The notes below the pieces were generated by a model, which saw only the letters and a list, made by a program, of their open reading frames with translations, ran no database searches and was not told the DNA's origin. From the NCBI GenBank assembly GCA_030059675.1, contig JANVYQ010000013.1, positions 1 to 42,538 on the forward strand: a stretch of 42,538 nucleotides of DNA, read 5' to 3'. The translations under genes and the position numbers were made by a program. The stretch comes from Candidatus Pelearchaeum maunauluense (GTDB lineage Archaea > Thermoproteota > Nitrososphaeria_A > Caldarchaeales > Caldarchaeaceae). Positions 27,966 to 37,556 of the stretch are shown one piece after another; positions within the stretch are counted from its first letter, which is position 1, and the number at the start of each line of letters is the position of its first letter.

Positions 27966-28243
27966 ATGAATAGGCTAGGAGCCTCAAGCTTATCCAAGCC
28001 CAGGCTGAGGGAGAAGCTCTCCGACTTCCTTTTTGGAATGTTCCTCTCTGACCTATACATACATGTAAGGGGGATTTGCGCGGAAGCACTATGACGCGGT
28101 TAATGCTCTCCTGTTCGGAGAGTTTATCGGAATACTGCTGCTTAACGCATATTTCACCGTCAGGCTCACCATACTTCGTTGGGGAGCTGGATATTTGGAG
28201 TAGAAGGAGCTTGCCGATGACGGTCTTCTCCCTCAAAGTCTAG
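27966..28243 (+). pseudogene. Frameshifted small conserved-protein relic
   Basis: Three joined frames: MNRLG..REKLSDFLFGMFLSDLYIHVRG / RKHYDAVNALLFGEFIGILLLNAYFTVRL / PYFVGELDIWSRRSL. From memory, it resembles small proteins with an FG..G.P....Y..LRLLPY....W.RR pattern. Confidence 0.5.
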
Positions 28244-28835
28244 CGTCGGGCTTTCTCCTAAGACACGCGAACGGGACTACTGGCGTCCTCGCCCTATACC
28301 TCCTATACTCATCGCCGAAGAGCTCTTCCAGCTTCCTCTCCTCCATGAATCCAGCCATGTAGAATGCCAGGCTTGTTGAGACAGCATAGACAAGCATCTG
28401 GAGAGTGTTAAACAGAATCGTGGCAGCGAGGGTTCAGAGGAGTATGGAGAAGTACTGTGGGTGTCTCATGTATTTGTACGGCCCCTCAGTTACGAGGCGG
28501 GGAATCTCCATCCCGAATATCCTGCGCATGGTTCTGAATGTCGTGAATGCCCAGAGCGATATTGCGAGGCCAGCAGCCACTAGGATTGCAGCAACCACGC
28601 TCCATGCTGGGCTTGTGAAGAGGAACGGCATGGGGCTCGCTATGCTAAGGTACACTGCCATAACCAGCTTTGCTAGAAGCCAGCCATTACCCAGGACGTT
28701 GAAGAGAATTATGCGGCGCGGGTTGCTGGGTGTGGGCCAGAGGTTTATCCTGAGAAAATAAACAACCAGTACGAAGACCGCGGCCGAGGCGGCGCTTATG
28801 AAATAAGCCTGCTGGAGAGCCTCGTGCATGCTCAT
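28233..28835 (-). pseudogene. Isoprenylcysteine carboxylmethyltransferase/PEMT-family membrane methyltransferase with one in-frame TGA
   Basis: LVTEGPYKYMRHPQY, then TGA (28434-28436); the same frame continues TLAATIL...EERKLEELFGDEYRRYRARTP to the stop at 28233-28235. Confidence 0.82.
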
Positions 28836-29671
28836 CGCTGTCCAGCGGGGGTTCTCAGCAGCGGCATTATTACGTCCTCATCCTCGGCGAGGCGTAGCAG
28901 GTCGCGGGGCTTCGCCATCACGTCAAGCGCATACACGGCGTCCATCTTAGCTGCCTCCTCAACGGTGTCCACCGCGAGCCACTCCTTCGCGCTCCCCCTG
29001 GCGAGGTACCCATAGGCCTTAACCAGCTTCAGGTTGTATTTCTTGAGTATGCTGGCCGCGCGTTGTGCTCTCACAGGATTCCACAACGGAGCATATGCCA
29101 CAGCGTCGGTATCAGGCGAAGACTCGGCCAGCTTCTGTATCCTAGTTAGGTCGCGCTTCCACTCGCGGCCATACCCAACCTTCCCATCAAGCTGCGATAC
29201 GTAGATGTCGCCGTTCTCGTCTATCTCAACCTTCAGCATGGGTAGGGCGTTGGTCGGATAGGGCTGGTAGTACGCTGGGCCGCGTATGGCGACGCCAGTG
29301 TCTGGGTTGTACACGCTTCCATGGCATGGACACTGGCCCTCGTTAAGGTCTGGGATATACTCCCAGAGGCACCAGAGGTGGACGCAAACCCTGCTTAGCG
29401 CCCTCACATCACCAGCAGGCGTTCTGACTAGCATATACTGCCTGAACGGGTCTGAGTCAATCTTGGGGTCTCCAGTCTTGGGGAATGGGAAGTTTATCCG
29501 CGTGTTTGGGGGTAGCTCGCTTATGTTGGCTACCTTCTGCCTTATCTGCTCTCTATCTCTAGTTGTCTCTGGCCTGTATAGGAAACTGCCCCAAGAGAGG
29601 AATGGTGCTATAGTTACTGCGAATGCGGCGCCGAATATTGCTTTGAGCATACCACGCCTTGCGCGCGCCAT
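28832..29671 (-). CDS. Rieske 2Fe-2S protein with Tat-like N-terminus and C-terminal extension
   Basis: ARRGMLK plus hydrophobic helix; CVHLWC and CPCHGSVY boxes; RGPA. Confidence 0.88.
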   Translation of the reverse strand: MARARRGMLKAIFGAAFAVTIAPFLSWGSFLYRPETTRDREQIRQKVANISELPPNTRINFPFPKTGDPKIDSDPFRQYMLVRTPAGDVRALSRVCVHLWCLWEYIPDLNEGQCPCHGSVYNPDTGVAIRGPAYYQPYPTNALPMLKVEIDENGDIYVSQLDGKVGYGREWKRDLTRIQKLAESSPDTDAVAYAPLWNPVRAQRAASILKKYNLKLVKAYGYLARGSAKEWLAVDTVEEAAKMDAVYALDVMAKPRDLLRLAEDEDVIMPLLRTPAGQR

Positions 29672-29881
29672 GCAGCCCACCTCAACGAGATAAGTGGCGG
29701 ATGCCTGGATTTTAGCATGCATCTAACGAGAGTGAAAGCCGCTGGGCTGGGTTTTACATATTCAGAAAGCCAGGCGTAGAGAGCTTATTCAAACATGACA
29801 CCGCGCTTTAGCATAGGACGCTGTTAATACCATCCCTTGGAGGGGAAGTTTTATATGGTTCGCCTAGATAGTATTCTTCCC

Positions 29882-30385
29882 ATGACTAAAAGGGCTTGGA
29901 AAACCCGAAAAAAGCAGAAGCGAAGCAAGAGCCGCTACGCCGCGCTTCTAGCGCTTGTGGCCGCTGTCCCGCTTCTCATAATAGCCTTAAACAACCAGCC
30001 CAGCGACGATGCTGGGAACGGGCTGGTTGCAGAGATATTCTACTCACCATTCTGCGACTGCTGTACGGGGTATGTGAAGTATCTAAGGGGGAATGACGTT
30101 AGGGTTAAGGCGTATGAGGTCAACGACTCCGGCAAGGTGAAGCTGGAGCTGGGTATTCCGCGTAGTATGTGGGCTTGCCACACGCTCAAGATTGGCGGCT
30201 ACTACGTCGAGGGCCACGTCCCCATAGAGGTTGTGTATAAGCTGCTTGAGGAGAAGCCAGATATTGATGGGATAGCCTTGCCTGGAATGCCAGCTGGCTC
30301 GCCTGGCATGGGGGGAGTGAAGACAGAGCCCTTCATAATCTACGCGGTATCAGATGGGAGTGTTTCTGTTTTTGCTGAAGTTTAA
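29882..30385 (+). CDS. DUF411 family metal-binding protein
   Basis: N-terminal TM helix, CDCC, ACHT, YYVEGHVP and PGMPAGSPGM. Confidence 0.85.
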   Translation: MTKRAWKTRKKQKRSKSRYAALLALVAAVPLLIIALNNQPSDDAGNGLVAEIFYSPFCDCCTGYVKYLRGNDVRVKAYEVNDSGKVKLELGIPRSMWACHTLKIGGYYVEGHVPIEVVYKLLEEKPDIDGIALPGMPAGSPGMGGVKTEPFIIYAVSDGSVSVFAEV

Positions 30386-31866
30386 GATGGTGGTAGTAGG
30401 ATTATTGATGCGCGCGCTATTATCCCCAGCAGCGGGGCGTTTAGGAATCCCAGTATGACGACTAGGAACATCAGCACAGCCATAGGGGCGAGGAGCATAG
30501 ACGGCGCCTCGCGGACTTCTGGCTGCTTCTCACCGAAGAAGAGGGCTCTCACAAGCCTTAGGTAATAGCCCACCGTTATCGCTGTGGCGAACACAGCCAC
30601 AGCTACCGAGAGCGTCCATCCCTTTTCTAGGCCGCCTGAGAATATCATCCACTCGCTTATGAACGTGCCTAGGGGAGGTGTTCCAGCCACCGAGAGGCCG
30701 CCTAGGACTACCGCTATCGCCGTTACTGGCATACGCGAGGCTAGGCCGCCTAGCTTCGTCAGGTCGCGCTCACCTAGGCGGTATATGAGCGTGCCAGCAG
30801 CCATGAAGAGCAGGGCCTTTGCAAACCCGTGATTCAAGGTCTGGAATATACCGCCCTGCAAGCCTATCGCCGTGGCGGTGGCTAGGCCGAAGACTATATA
30901 CCCCATCTGGCTTATGCTACTATACGCCAACAAGCGCTTCACATCGTTCTGGACCATGCTCATCATGCCGCCCCAAACCATGTTGATTACAGCTAGGAAG
31001 GCTATCGCCCAGCCTATGTCTTGGAGCGTGAATGGCAGTATCCCAGTTATGAGCCGCGCGAAGGCGTAGACGCCGCTCTTCGTCATAGCCGCGCTGAGCA
31101 TCACGCTAACAGGAGTAGGCGCCTCAGCATAGGCGTCGGGCAGCCAGCTATGGAACGGGAAGACGGCCATCTTAATCCCAACACCTATGAAGATGAGTAT
31201 CGCTATAGTCGTGAGTACTGGCCTAAGCTCGGCGCCAGCGCCAGCCGCCATATCGGCCAGCTCAAACATGTCAAGGTTTCCAAAGAGCGCGGCGAGCCAT
31301 GCTATGCCGATTAGCAGCGAGAGAGCCCCAGCGTGGGTGAAGACAAAGTACTTGAAGCTCACCTGCCTAGTATTCCCCGTCCCCCAATACGCTATCAGCG
31401 CATATGAGGGGATTAGCATAAGCTCCCAGAAGATGTAGAAGAGGAAGAGGTTGGAGACCAGGACGACGCCGAGCATACCAGCCATGAAGAGCTGGTTTAA
31501 CGCCATGTAGGCGTCGAGGCTGTGCTCGCGCTCCATGTATTTGTGGGAGTAGACCGCGGTGAGTATGCCCATCAGGCTAACGAGGAGGGCAAACGGGTAG
31601 CTGAGGCTGTCCAGCACTAGGCTGAACCTCAGCCCGTAGAAGGGAACCCAGTCGTATGACTCGTAGAAGACCGCGCCCTCTATCATGCTGGGGAGGAACC
31701 AGAGCATTATGCCCAGCGGTATGGCGAAGACCGCGTGGCTGAAGACCGAGGCCGCGCGCCATGAGGCTTTACGGCCTATGAGGAAGGTCAGAGGCGTCAG
31801 TGCTAGTGGTAAGAGGACCGCTACTGTGAGGAGCGGAATCTCAAGCTGCTCTCCTACCAAGGCCAT
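30382..31866 (-). CDS. nuoM: NADH-quinone oxidoreductase subunit M-like antiporter subunit
   Basis: FYIFWELMLIP, PFHSWLPDAYAEAPTP and LLAYSSISQMG; follows nuoL. Confidence 0.82.
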   Translation of the reverse strand: MALVGEQLEIPLLTVAVLLPLALTPLTFLIGRKASWRAASVFSHAVFAIPLGIMLWFLPSMIEGAVFYESYDWVPFYGLRFSLVLDSLSYPFALLVSLMGILTAVYSHKYMEREHSLDAYMALNQLFMAGMLGVVLVSNLFLFYIFWELMLIPSYALIAYWGTGNTRQVSFKYFVFTHAGALSLLIGIAWLAALFGNLDMFELADMAAGAGAELRPVLTTIAILIFIGVGIKMAVFPFHSWLPDAYAEAPTPVSVMLSAAMTKSGVYAFARLITGILPFTLQDIGWAIAFLAVINMVWGGMMSMVQNDVKRLLAYSSISQMGYIVFGLATATAIGLQGGIFQTLNHGFAKALLFMAAGTLIYRLGERDLTKLGGLASRMPVTAIAVVLGGLSVAGTPPLGTFISEWMIFSGGLEKGWTLSVAVAVFATAITVGYYLRLVRALFFGEKQPEVREAPSMLLAPMAVLMFLVVILGFLNAPLLGIIARASIILLPPS

Positions 31867-31872
31867 ACTTCA

Positions 31873-33765
31873 TCACCCAAGTATCAGGCTTATGAAGAGC
31901 AGAAGCAGTATCGCTATGCCTATGATGAAGCCGCTGAGGTTGATGTTGCTCTCACCCGTCTGTATGTTTCGGAAGACCTGCACAGCGGCGGTTGTGGCTT
32001 TTGATATTGCGTAGTTAAACCCATCTATCACGCGGAGTTCAACGAAGCGGAGCAAAACGCCTGAGAGCCTATCAAACCCATCAACGAAGACCTTGTAGTA
32101 TATGTCGTCTATGTAGTAGCGGTTCACCAGTAGCTTGTGAAGCGCTCCACCTATCGGCGTAGCCCTAACCTGCTCAGGCCTCACCACGCCACCTATGTAG
32201 AAGAGATAGCCAACACCACCGCCCACTAGGAGTATAGCAGCCGAGGAGAGGAGAGTTACCATGCTTGGCCCAGCTATGTGTATCCCCGTGTAGTCTCCCA
32301 GGAATGGCTCAAAGAAGCCGACGACCAACGTGAGGCCTGCTAGTATTATGAGCGGAATGGTCATCACCTTGGGCGCTTCATGCGCGCCGTGCTCAGCTAT
32401 ATGCGGGCTGGGTGGCGCTAGGAAGACCTTATACAGCCAGCGTAGGCTGTAGATGAACGTGAGTATGGAGGCGCCTACCATAAGGAGGTAGACGGGAACG
32501 TTCCCAGCCTCCAGCGCAGACTCTATCAAGACATCCTTGCTCCAGAAGCCGCTCAGCGGCGGCACGCCTGATAGGGCTAGAACGCCTATCAGGGATGTCC
32601 AGAAGGTTATCGGCATGTAGCGCCTAAGCCCGCCCATCTCGTCCAGGTTGTTGGTATGTACGGCGTGTATCACAGCACCCGCGGCTAGGAAGAGCAGCGC
32701 CTTGAAGATTGAGTGGCTTAGTATGTGGAATATTCCGCCGAACCATCCCACCTCACTCGCCATACCCAGGGCCGCGAACATCAGGGCGAGCTGGCTAATC
32801 GTTGAATAAGCTATCACGCGCTTGATGTCGTTGGAGACCAGCCCCATGGTGGCAGCCATGAAGGCCGTTAACCCGCCTATCAGGGCAATCGTCGTATACC
32901 ACTCAGCCAGCATGGCTGGGCTGAAAGCCTCAAACGGGATTACGGTGAGTATGAGGCGTGCAACGAGATAGACGCCTGCCTTCACCATCGTGGCGGCGTG
33001 GATTAGCGCGCTAACGGGTGTTGGGCCCACCATCGCATCAGGCAGCCAGACATGTAGCGGGAACTGGGCGGACTTGCCCACAGCACCGCCGAAGATGAGC
33101 AGCATACTTAGGAGAACAAACCCTACACCCATGTTCCCAGCTGTTAGAGCCTCGTGGAGACGCTCACCAACCTCAAAATAGTTGAACGTCCCAAGCGACG
33201 TGAAGAGGAGGAGTATCCCAATAAGCATGGCAGCGTCCCCAACGCGGGTTGTTACGAACGCCTTGATACCCGCGTGCGTTGCTTCTTTCTTCTTGTAGTA
33301 GAAGCTGATTAGGCCGTAGGAGCAAAGCCCCACAATCTCCCAGAAGATATACAGCTGGAGGAAGTTCTCGGCCATGACCAGGCCCGTCATCCCGCCTATG
33401 AAGAAGAGCATGAAGAAGTAGTAGCGTGGTAGTCCTTCTTCGCGGGCCATGTAGCCGACTGAGTAGAGTATTATGAGAGCTCCCACGCCTGTGGCTATGC
33501 TGGCCATCATGACGGAGAGGGGGTCTATCAGGATGCTGGCCTCAACCCACGCATCGCCGCCCAGCGGGAGCCATGGGACGCGGATAACCTGCGCAGCCCC
33601 GCCCCAGGCGTCGGGTATCATGGAGATGCTGAAAACCGCCGCAATAGCTACGACAGCGACAGAATACCACTCGCCAACCTTCTTACCAAGCCTGAAGAAG
33701 AGAGGAACGAAAAGGCTACCAACCAGCGGTATAACCCACGAAAGCCACGCCGCATAGGGTAACAT
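31873..33765 (-). CDS. nuoL: NADH-quinone oxidoreductase subunit L
   Basis: FWEIVGLCSY, GKSAQFPLHVWLPDAMVGPTPVSALIHAATMV, and a C-terminal helix ending IQTG. Confidence 0.9.
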   Translation of the reverse strand: MLPYAAWLSWVIPLVGSLFVPLFFRLGKKVGEWYSVAVVAIAAVFSISMIPDAWGGAAQVIRVPWLPLGGDAWVEASILIDPLSVMMASIATGVGALIILYSVGYMAREEGLPRYYFFMLFFIGGMTGLVMAENFLQLYIFWEIVGLCSYGLISFYYKKKEATHAGIKAFVTTRVGDAAMLIGILLLFTSLGTFNYFEVGERLHEALTAGNMGVGFVLLSMLLIFGGAVGKSAQFPLHVWLPDAMVGPTPVSALIHAATMVKAGVYLVARLILTVIPFEAFSPAMLAEWYTTIALIGGLTAFMAATMGLVSNDIKRVIAYSTISQLALMFAALGMASEVGWFGGIFHILSHSIFKALLFLAAGAVIHAVHTNNLDEMGGLRRYMPITFWTSLIGVLALSGVPPLSGFWSKDVLIESALEAGNVPVYLLMVGASILTFIYSLRWLYKVFLAPPSPHIAEHGAHEAPKVMTIPLIILAGLTLVVGFFEPFLGDYTGIHIAGPSMVTLLSSAAILLVGGGVGYLFYIGGVVRPEQVRATPIGGALHKLLVNRYYIDDIYYKVFVDGFDRLSGVLLRFVELRVIDGFNYAISKATTAAVQVFRNIQTGESNINLSGFIIGIAILLLLFISLILG

Positions 33766-33990
33766 AAGGCTCGCAACACCAGCGACTAGCCAAAATATAT
33801 AGAATGGGCCGCCCCCTCCAAGCCCGCCGCCACCACATACGTTATGGCGCTTAGATCAGTTGAGCAGACGCCAACCCCCTCTAATGCCTCAATCACGAAA
33901 TACTAAAAAGAAGCCTATTTAGGAGCACAGCCGCTCAGGCACTATAATTTAGCACAACCAGCGTTGCACAATTCTAATAATCTAGTCTAG

Positions 33991-34977
33991 TTAATAGAAA
34001 ACGGTCAGCACAACCTGCGCAGGCTTCTTGGCGCTGCCCTCACTATATAGCTCGCTGGCCCTCGCGTAGCAGGGCTGATGCTCCTCCATGTCTGGGAAGC
34101 CATAGAGCATGCCCCGCGACCTCACTAGGCGTTCAACGAAATGCAGCACAGCCCTAGTATATTCTTGGTCTGGTAGGTAGTAGTATGCCTGTCTAATAGG
34201 CTTTGTGAAGTATAGTTGCCTAATCTTCGCGATAGCTTCAAGCATTCCGCCGGACTCCAGCAAGCCCCTGAGTCTATCCCAAATGTCGTCGCGGAGCTTG
34301 AGGACGCCAGCTGAGACATAGTCGGCGCCCGCCCCAGCTATTGCTTCAACGAGCTTTTCAAGCATCTCAGGCTCGTCGGTAACTCCTGGGATTATCGGGT
34401 CTATGTTCACACCCACCCTCACGCCCCTACGCCTGAAGAGGCGTATGGCGTATAGGATGCTCTCTGGGTGAGGCGTGTTGGGCTCTATCAACCGCTTAAC
34501 CCGCGCGTCAATCGTGGTTAGGGACCAGACTATCGTGCATCTCTCGCCATAGCGCGCGTGTAGCTCCAAGTCGCGGATTATCGTGCTGGACTTGGTGATT
34601 ATCGTGTATGGTATGCCGAGGCGCTGGAGAATCTCTACGCAGCGCCGCGTAATCCCATACCTGCCCTCTAGCGGCTGGTAGCAGTCTGTAGCCGAGGCCA
34701 TGAAGACCTCTTCAACGGCTCTCCTGCCGAGGCGCGCCAGGTCTGCGGAGAGCACGTCTGGGGCGTTGCTCTTCACAATAACCTTATCATAGAACTCTGG
34801 CGTCCATTCGTAGGTTGCGTAGCAATAGACGCACCTATGAGCGCATCCCTTATACGGGTTGAACGTGAATCCGTAATACTCGCTGCTCCCAGCCTCGGCG
34901 AACCTGTGAAGCAGCGTCCTACACGGCTTCTTAACGCTCTCTGGAACCTCGGCAGACCACCAGCGATACCGCGCCAT
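33991..34977 (-). CDS. Radical SAM protein, SPL-like/Rv2578c-like family
   Basis: NPYKGCAHRCVYCYA, TDCYQPLE, ITKS and IDPIIPG; probable start is ATG at 34977. Confidence 0.82.
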   Translation of the reverse strand: MARYRWWSAEVPESVKKPCRTLLHRFAEAGSSEYYGFTFNPYKGCAHRCVYCYATYEWTPEFYDKVIVKSNAPDVLSADLARLGRRAVEEVFMASATDCYQPLEGRYGITRRCVEILQRLGIPYTIITKSSTIIRDLELHARYGERCTIVWSLTTIDARVKRLIEPNTPHPESILYAIRLFRRRGVRVGVNIDPIIPGVTDEPEMLEKLVEAIAGAGADYVSAGVLKLRDDIWDRLRGLLESGGMLEAIAKIRQLYFTKPIRQAYYYLPDQEYTRAVLHFVERLVRSRGMLYGFPDMEEHQPCYARASELYSEGSAKKPAQVVLTVFY

Positions 34978-35047
34978 ACCCGCGCTAAGCCATGTGAAAG
35001 GGCTTGGTGATAAACCGAGAGAGGGTAGCCCGAAAGTGAAAGGAGAG

Positions 35048-35974
35048 TTATATCGGTATAAACACGGGGCTGTCATCAGACACTATACGGCCACGCTTCT
35101 CCAGGACCTCGTTTAGGTAGGCTGGGATTATGAAGAGCGTTCTATGAAGCTCTGGCGAGTAGAATCTCAGCCCAGAGACTCCCCTTTCTTCTAGGCGTTT
35201 CCTCACCTCCTCCTCGCCCAGCTCACGCGGACTCCCACGCCGCGTAGCTAGAACAAAGCCCCACGCAGAGAGGAATGAGGGAACCCAAACATAATAGGCG
35301 TGGGCATTCCCAAAAACCGACTTTATAGTCCGATAGACCGAGGCGTAGCAGTCAGCGGAGTAGAACGTGGATGTGGCCTGAGTAACTATCACACCATCCC
35401 CGCGGAGTTTGCGCTTTACTATCTCGTAGAACTCGCGCGTATAGAGCAGCGCCGCTGGGCCGCCTTCAATCGGATCTGTCGCATCAACCACTATAACGTC
35501 CAGCGAGTTGTCTGGCTGCGCATCAAGCACGGCCCTGCCGTCGCCTATTACGAGGCGTAGTCTTGGGTTGTCAAAGGAGCCTTGATGAAAACTGCTCAGC
35601 AGGCGTTTACAGAGCTCTATGACCTCCTGGTCTATGTCTATCATCGTGAGGCTCTTGACCGTGTTGTGGCGTAGTATCTCCCTGGCCGTCGCTCCCTCGC
35701 CTCCGCCGATGAGCAGGGCATCCACAGGCCTGGGATGCGTAACCAAGGCTGGGTGGACCAGCGTCTCGTGGTAAATCCACTCATCGGCGGCTGTTGATTG
35801 TATCTGGCCGTCAAGAACGAGGCCCAGCCCATAGTCAAACAACTCAACTACATCAACACGCTGGTATCGCGTCCTGCCAGAGTATAGAACCCTCTTAAGC
35901 CTGTGGAGGACTATCGTATTCTTGGTGCGGCGCTCCTCTAGGAAGAGGGGCGCTATCTCACCCTGGTCCGACAT
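35048..35974 (-). CDS. speE: Polyamine aminopropyltransferase (spermidine synthase family)
   Basis: LVLDGQIQS, DEWIYHETLVHP, LLIGGGEGA and IVVDATDP. Confidence 0.92.
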   Translation of the reverse strand: MSDQGEIAPLFLEERRTKNTIVLHRLKRVLYSGRTRYQRVDVVELFDYGLGLVLDGQIQSTAADEWIYHETLVHPALVTHPRPVDALLIGGGEGATAREILRHNTVKSLTMIDIDQEVIELCKRLLSSFHQGSFDNPRLRLVIGDGRAVLDAQPDNSLDVIVVDATDPIEGGPAALLYTREFYEIVKRKLRGDGVIVTQATSTFYSADCYASVYRTIKSVFGNAHAYYVWVPSFLSAWGFVLATRRGSPRELGEEEVRKRLEERGVSGLRFYSPELHRTLFIIPAYLNEVLEKRGRIVSDDSPVFIPI

Positions 35975-35985
35975 GGCTCCCCCTG

Positions 35986-36375
35986 CTATAGCGCCTCCTG
36001 CTTTATGTCCGCCTCGCTCCGCTCATCCATGAGGCCGCGCCTAATCTCCATCACATTATACCTACGCGGGTTGAACTCCTGCAAGATTACGTTAAACGCC
36101 TTCCAGGGGTCCAGCGAGACGCCGCAGGTGAAGATATCAACAGCGGCGTAGCCGTGCTCTGGCCAGGTATGCGCCGAGACGTGGGATTCGGCGATTATGA
36201 TGAGCGAGGAGATTCCTCCAGAGGCGGGGAACTTATACGTATATTCCCCCTTTATCGTGGCTCCCATCGCCTTAGTGGAGCGAAGCAGTATGTTCTTCAC
36301 CTTCTCCTTATCCATCAGCGTCTCGGGCTTGCAGTTGTAAAGCTCCACTAGGAGATGTCGTCCCAGCTCCTTCAT
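35986..36375 (-). CDS. speD: Pyruvoyl S-adenosylmethionine decarboxylase proenzyme
   Basis: GRHLLVELYNC, AESHVSAHTWPE (E-S cleavage site) and VDIFTCG; adjacent to speE. An arginine decarboxylase paralogue is not excluded. Confidence 0.85.
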   Translation of the reverse strand: MKELGRHLLVELYNCKPETLMDKEKVKNILLRSTKAMGATIKGEYTYKFPASGGISSLIIIAESHVSAHTWPEHGYAAVDIFTCGVSLDPWKAFNVILQEFNPRRYNVMEIRRGLMDERSEADIKQEAL

Positions 36376-36711
36376 AGCCCCACCGCCTCCGCGCACAGAA
36401 GGTAGTCTAGGCAGAATGGCGCGTCCCCCATATCACTATTTATGCAGATGCGGTTTGAATTTAAGCATTATGCGCGACGCTCCGCGAGACGCGGCCGCGC
36501 TCAACATACGCCGCGAGCGGAGAAAGCCAGCAACAGCCCAACGCGCAGAAACCCTAACAAGGCATGGCACGCTCATTAGGCCAAGGGCTGTGAAGACTCC
36601 ATGTTGGGTAAAGATGCCCAGAAGCCCTTTCAAGACGTTGGAGCGGGCCATCACCTTTGACTTTTTATTGTTGCTTGGGTATGGAAATGCGGCTATCCTG
36701 GGTGGTTTGGC

Positions 36712-36954
36712 GTGCTTGAGGGGCTTGAGCTAACCCTGCTCGTGGCGAGCGTTCTCTTCGCAATCCTTGCCGTTGAGCAGCCAAGGCTCTATCGGGCCGT
36801 CATGGGGCTGCTCGGCGTAACTGTGGCGGTTGGTGTTCTCTTCTTCCTGCTGGGAGCTTACCAGCTCGCCGTGCTCCAGCTCCTCGTCTATGCTGGCGGG
36901 ATTATCGCGCTCTTCATGATAGTAATAATGCTCACGCGCGGTGTTGAGGAGTGA
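36712..36954 (+). CDS. nuoJ: NADH-quinone oxidoreductase subunit J, N-terminal half
   Basis: Three TM helices with LAVLQLLVYAGGI. Confidence 0.8.
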   Translation: MLEGLELTLLVASVLFAILAVEQPRLYRAVMGLLGVTVAVGVLFFLLGAYQLAVLQLLVYAGGIIALFMIVIMLTRGVEE

Positions 36955-37211
36955 GGTTAGCGGAGGCTCTAGGCTCTGTTGCAGTCATCTTCTTCGCCAT
37001 CGTGCTATTCTACGCCCTGGCTGGAAACCCGCCCGCGTATAGATACTGGGGCGAGTCGCTGGCCAGGCTCATACCACCAGACTTCATAGCCCTCTCGCGC
37101 GAGATAAGCGGCTACATCTGGGGGAGCCTCTTCCCGCTCTTCATAGCGTTTGGCCTGGTATTGCTAACGCTTGCGCTAGGCTTGACGGCTCTGCTCAGGA
37201 GGGAGGAGTAG
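36951..37211 (+). CDS. Probable NuoJ C-terminal half encoded as a separate gene
   Basis: Two TM helices; GTGA overlap with the N-half; lies directly before nuoK. Confidence 0.65.
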   Translation: MRLAEALGSVAVIFFAIVLFYALAGNPPAYRYWGESLARLIPPDFIALSREISGYIWGSLFPLFIAFGLVLLTLALGLTALLRREE

Positions 37212-37212
37212 C

Positions 37213-37527
37213 ATGGCTCTCGCTGTAATCTACTACAACCTCTTCAGCGCCCTCCTCTTCATAATAGGCGTCTACTGCCTCGCCACGCGGCGTAGCTTGG
37301 TTAAGCAGATTATCGGGCTTGAGATAATGGTGAACGCCGCCCACCTAAACTTCGTGGCCCTCGCGTCGCGCGCACCTGGAGGAATAGACCCCTACGCCCA
37401 GAGCTTCATCATCCTCTCCCTAGGCGTTGGAGCGGCCGTCATAGCCCTAGCCCTGCTACTGAGCGTCCAGGTATACCGAATCTACAGGACGATGGACCTA
37501 GCGAAGCTCAGGCGGCTCAGGAGGTAG
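37213..37527 (+). CDS. nuoK: NADH-quinone oxidoreductase subunit K
   Basis: Three TM helices; IIGLEIMVNAAHLNFV. Confidence 0.82.
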   Translation: MALAVIYYNLFSALLFIIGVYCLATRRSLVKQIIGLEIMVNAAHLNFVALASRAPGGIDPYAQSFIILSLGVGAAVIALALLLSVQVYRIYRTMDLAKLRRLRR

Positions 37528-37556
37528 CTTAATACGCTTGAGCATCATGTAACGCC

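Noticed and set aside
27889-28236. 115-aa minus-strand ORF
   Set aside because: It has no motif and is better explained as the antisense of the frameshifted plus-strand relic.
21051-28835. Genome-wide stop-codon reassignment
   Set aside because: The internal stops are of all three types, TGA/TAG/TAA all terminate intact genes here, and aRF1 has standard NIKS, YxCxxxF and GGQ motifs.
36416-36733. ORFs in the speD-nuoJ intergenic region
   Set aside because: No motifs and atypical composition; probably a divergent promoter region with a small GC hairpin.
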